IMG/VR virus record: IMGVR_UViG_3300036766_000439
Location: 2,086-66,085 of that record
Strand: one strand, 5' to 3'
Length of the DNA stretch: 64,000 nt
From: a virus
Lineage: Duplodnaviria; Caudoviricetes
Below the pieces are notes generated by a model that saw nothing but the letters and a program-made list of their open reading frames with translations, was not told where the DNA came from and ran no database searches. Positions 62,623 to 64,000 of the stretch are shown piece after piece (position 1 is the first letter of the stretch; each line of letters begins with the position of its first letter). The translations under genes were made by a program, and so were the position numbers.

Positions 62623-64000
62623 CAGAAGGTAAATTTTACGCTCGTGTTCTTGTAGAGAACGGTGCCGTCCGTCGCAGTTAGGTAGGGCTCGGCCTCGGCG
62701 TGCAGAATGGTCAGCCCGGTGGGTTTGGCGGTTGGGATTGACCCGGACACCGTGGCGATGGCGGTTGCCACGGAATAGCCGCGATAAGTGCCGTTGGTGA
62801 CGGTGACGGTGCTATCCCCCACATAGCCATCGAGGGCTTTTATGCTACTGACCACTGACCCGCTCGGCAAATTCGGCATGTCTTCATTGGTGGTGAATAT
62901 CTCGCTCAACTGCGCCCAAGAGGTGATAGTATAGGCCACGTCGGCATTTGGCGTGGTGCTCCATGACTCGTAGATTGTGGCTTGCAGATGGCGCGTGACC
63001 GACGGATCAAAGGTTGGCGGATTCGCAGCCATCGCCAAGCCTGGCACCGTAAATTGAGTCGTGCGGAGAAAATTCCGGCTCGCGGGCGGCTTGTGGTAGA
63101 CCGCCCGGTTTTGGTAATAGCCATCCCGCGGAGTATGCACGAGACTGACAAGATAGGCCGTGCCAGGGCATGGGTAGGCAGGCGTCGAGGCGGCTGCTGT
63201 GATTGTCTCAACCGTATAGATCAGGCTGCCATCGGCGCGGCCTTCAAGCCCATTGGCAAGCGTGCCGTTGCCCTCTGACCACTCGCTTCTATAAATATAA
63301 TATCCGTTGGCCGTGTCTATCGTGCGAGAAAACAGTGTCACTGTTCCACTGATAGTCGCGCTTGGCGTCGTTGGCGTATAGCTGCCCGAGGCGTTCAACT
63401 CCGTGCGGCGGTAGATGATTAACTTACCGCCTTCTCTTGTCTCAACGGTGCTGACCACGATACCGACGCCCTTGGCGTAGGCGACGGTCCATAGCAAATA
63501 TCCGTCCTCCCTGGTGTTGGTGGAGGAAATCAGCACGGTCCCCGCCGGCGGGGACGTGGGATTGCTGGCACCAATCGCGGTGAGTGCCCGATAGGTGGTG
63601 ATGGTTACGCCCGTCGTGCCGGTATCTGGCGACTGCTCGTAGCGAATCTCGGTTGAGATTGTTCCTTTGCCTTCGGCCCACTCGCTCCGATAAATGAAAT
63701 AGCCCTCCTGAATATCCTTGGTCTGACTGATGAGCGTGACAGTGCCCGTGATCGTGGGGGTCGGAGTTGTCGGGGTGTAACTGCCGGACGGATTGAGTTC
63801 CGTGCGGCGGTAGATGACCAAGAATCCGCCCTCCTTGGTCTCAACGGTGCTGACGACAATGCCGACGCCATTCGCGTAGGTGACAGTCCAGAGCAGATAC
63901 CCGTCCTCCCTGGTGTTGGTGGAGGAAATCAGCACGGTCCCCGCCGGCGGGGACGTGGGATCGCTGGCATCAAAGGCGGTAAGCGCCCGGTAGGTGGTGA
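62622..64000 (-). CDS. C-terminal part of tandem-repeat virion/tail protein (enters from right edge)
   Basis: Open past 64000; 133-aa (399-bp) tandem repeat. Confidence 0.7.
   Translation of the reverse strand, partial: TTYRALTAFDASDPTSPPAGTVLISSTNTREDGYLLWTVTYANGVGIVVSTVETKEGGFLVIYRRTELNPSGSYTPTTPTPTITGTVTLISQTKDIQEGYFIYRSEWAEGKGTISTEIRYEQSPDTGTTGVTITTYRALTAIGASNPTSPPAGTVLISSTNTREDGYLLWTVAYAKGVGIVVSTVETREGGKLIIYRRTELNASGSYTPTTPSATISGTVTLFSRTIDTANGYYIYRSEWSEGNGTLANGLEGRADGSLIYTVETITAAASTPAYPCPGTAYLVSLVHTPRDGYYQNRAVYHKPPASRNFLRTTQFTVPGLAMAANPPTFDPSVTRHLQATIYESWSTTPNADVAYTITSWAQLSEIFTTNEDMPNLPSGSVVSSIKALDGYVGDSTVTVTNGTYRGYSVATAIATVSGSIPTAKPTGLTILHAEAEPYLTATDGTVLYKNTSVKFTF
63280..64000. repeat. 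399-bp tandem repeat
   Basis: 63502-63561 is identical to 63901-63960; the protein repeat LISSTNTREDGYLLWTV... occurs twice. Confidence 0.85.

Overview
The window appears to be most of a circularly permuted tailed-phage genome, probably podovirus-like: the minus-strand ORF running off position 1 and the one entering at 64000 look like two ends of one repeat protein. It has a scaffold/major-capsid operon (0.8-7.1 kb) and a recombination operon (RecT/Redβ-like, PD-(D/E)XK exonuclease, VRR-NUC nuclease, SF2 helicase; 9.3-14.7 kb). It also has a portal, two very large putative ejection proteins, tail-fibre-like genes, a terminase large subunit, a glycosyltransferase/methyltransferase/GNAT cluster, an XRE repressor and a DnaB-N/AAA helicase fusion. 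The standout feature is a phage-borne integron: an IntI-family integrase (57356-58312), an attI-like site 34 bp upstream of it, and about 20 intact plus several decayed attC sites spanning 46.5-57.3 kb. Every cassette ORF is inverted relative to its attC and co-oriented with intI, and many ORFs start inside the attC hairpin or end inside the neighbouring one. A second, integrase-less, partly decayed array lies at 7.6-9.3 kb and shares a 327-bp near-identical cassette body whose identity stops at the recombination crossover. Other features are a XerC/D dif-like site (43341-43368), a palindromic operator TCTCG-N5-CGAGA at five intergenic sites, a dual-frame C5 methyltransferase and two self-promoted two-gene cassettes. 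All calls were made by eye from motifs; no database searches were run.
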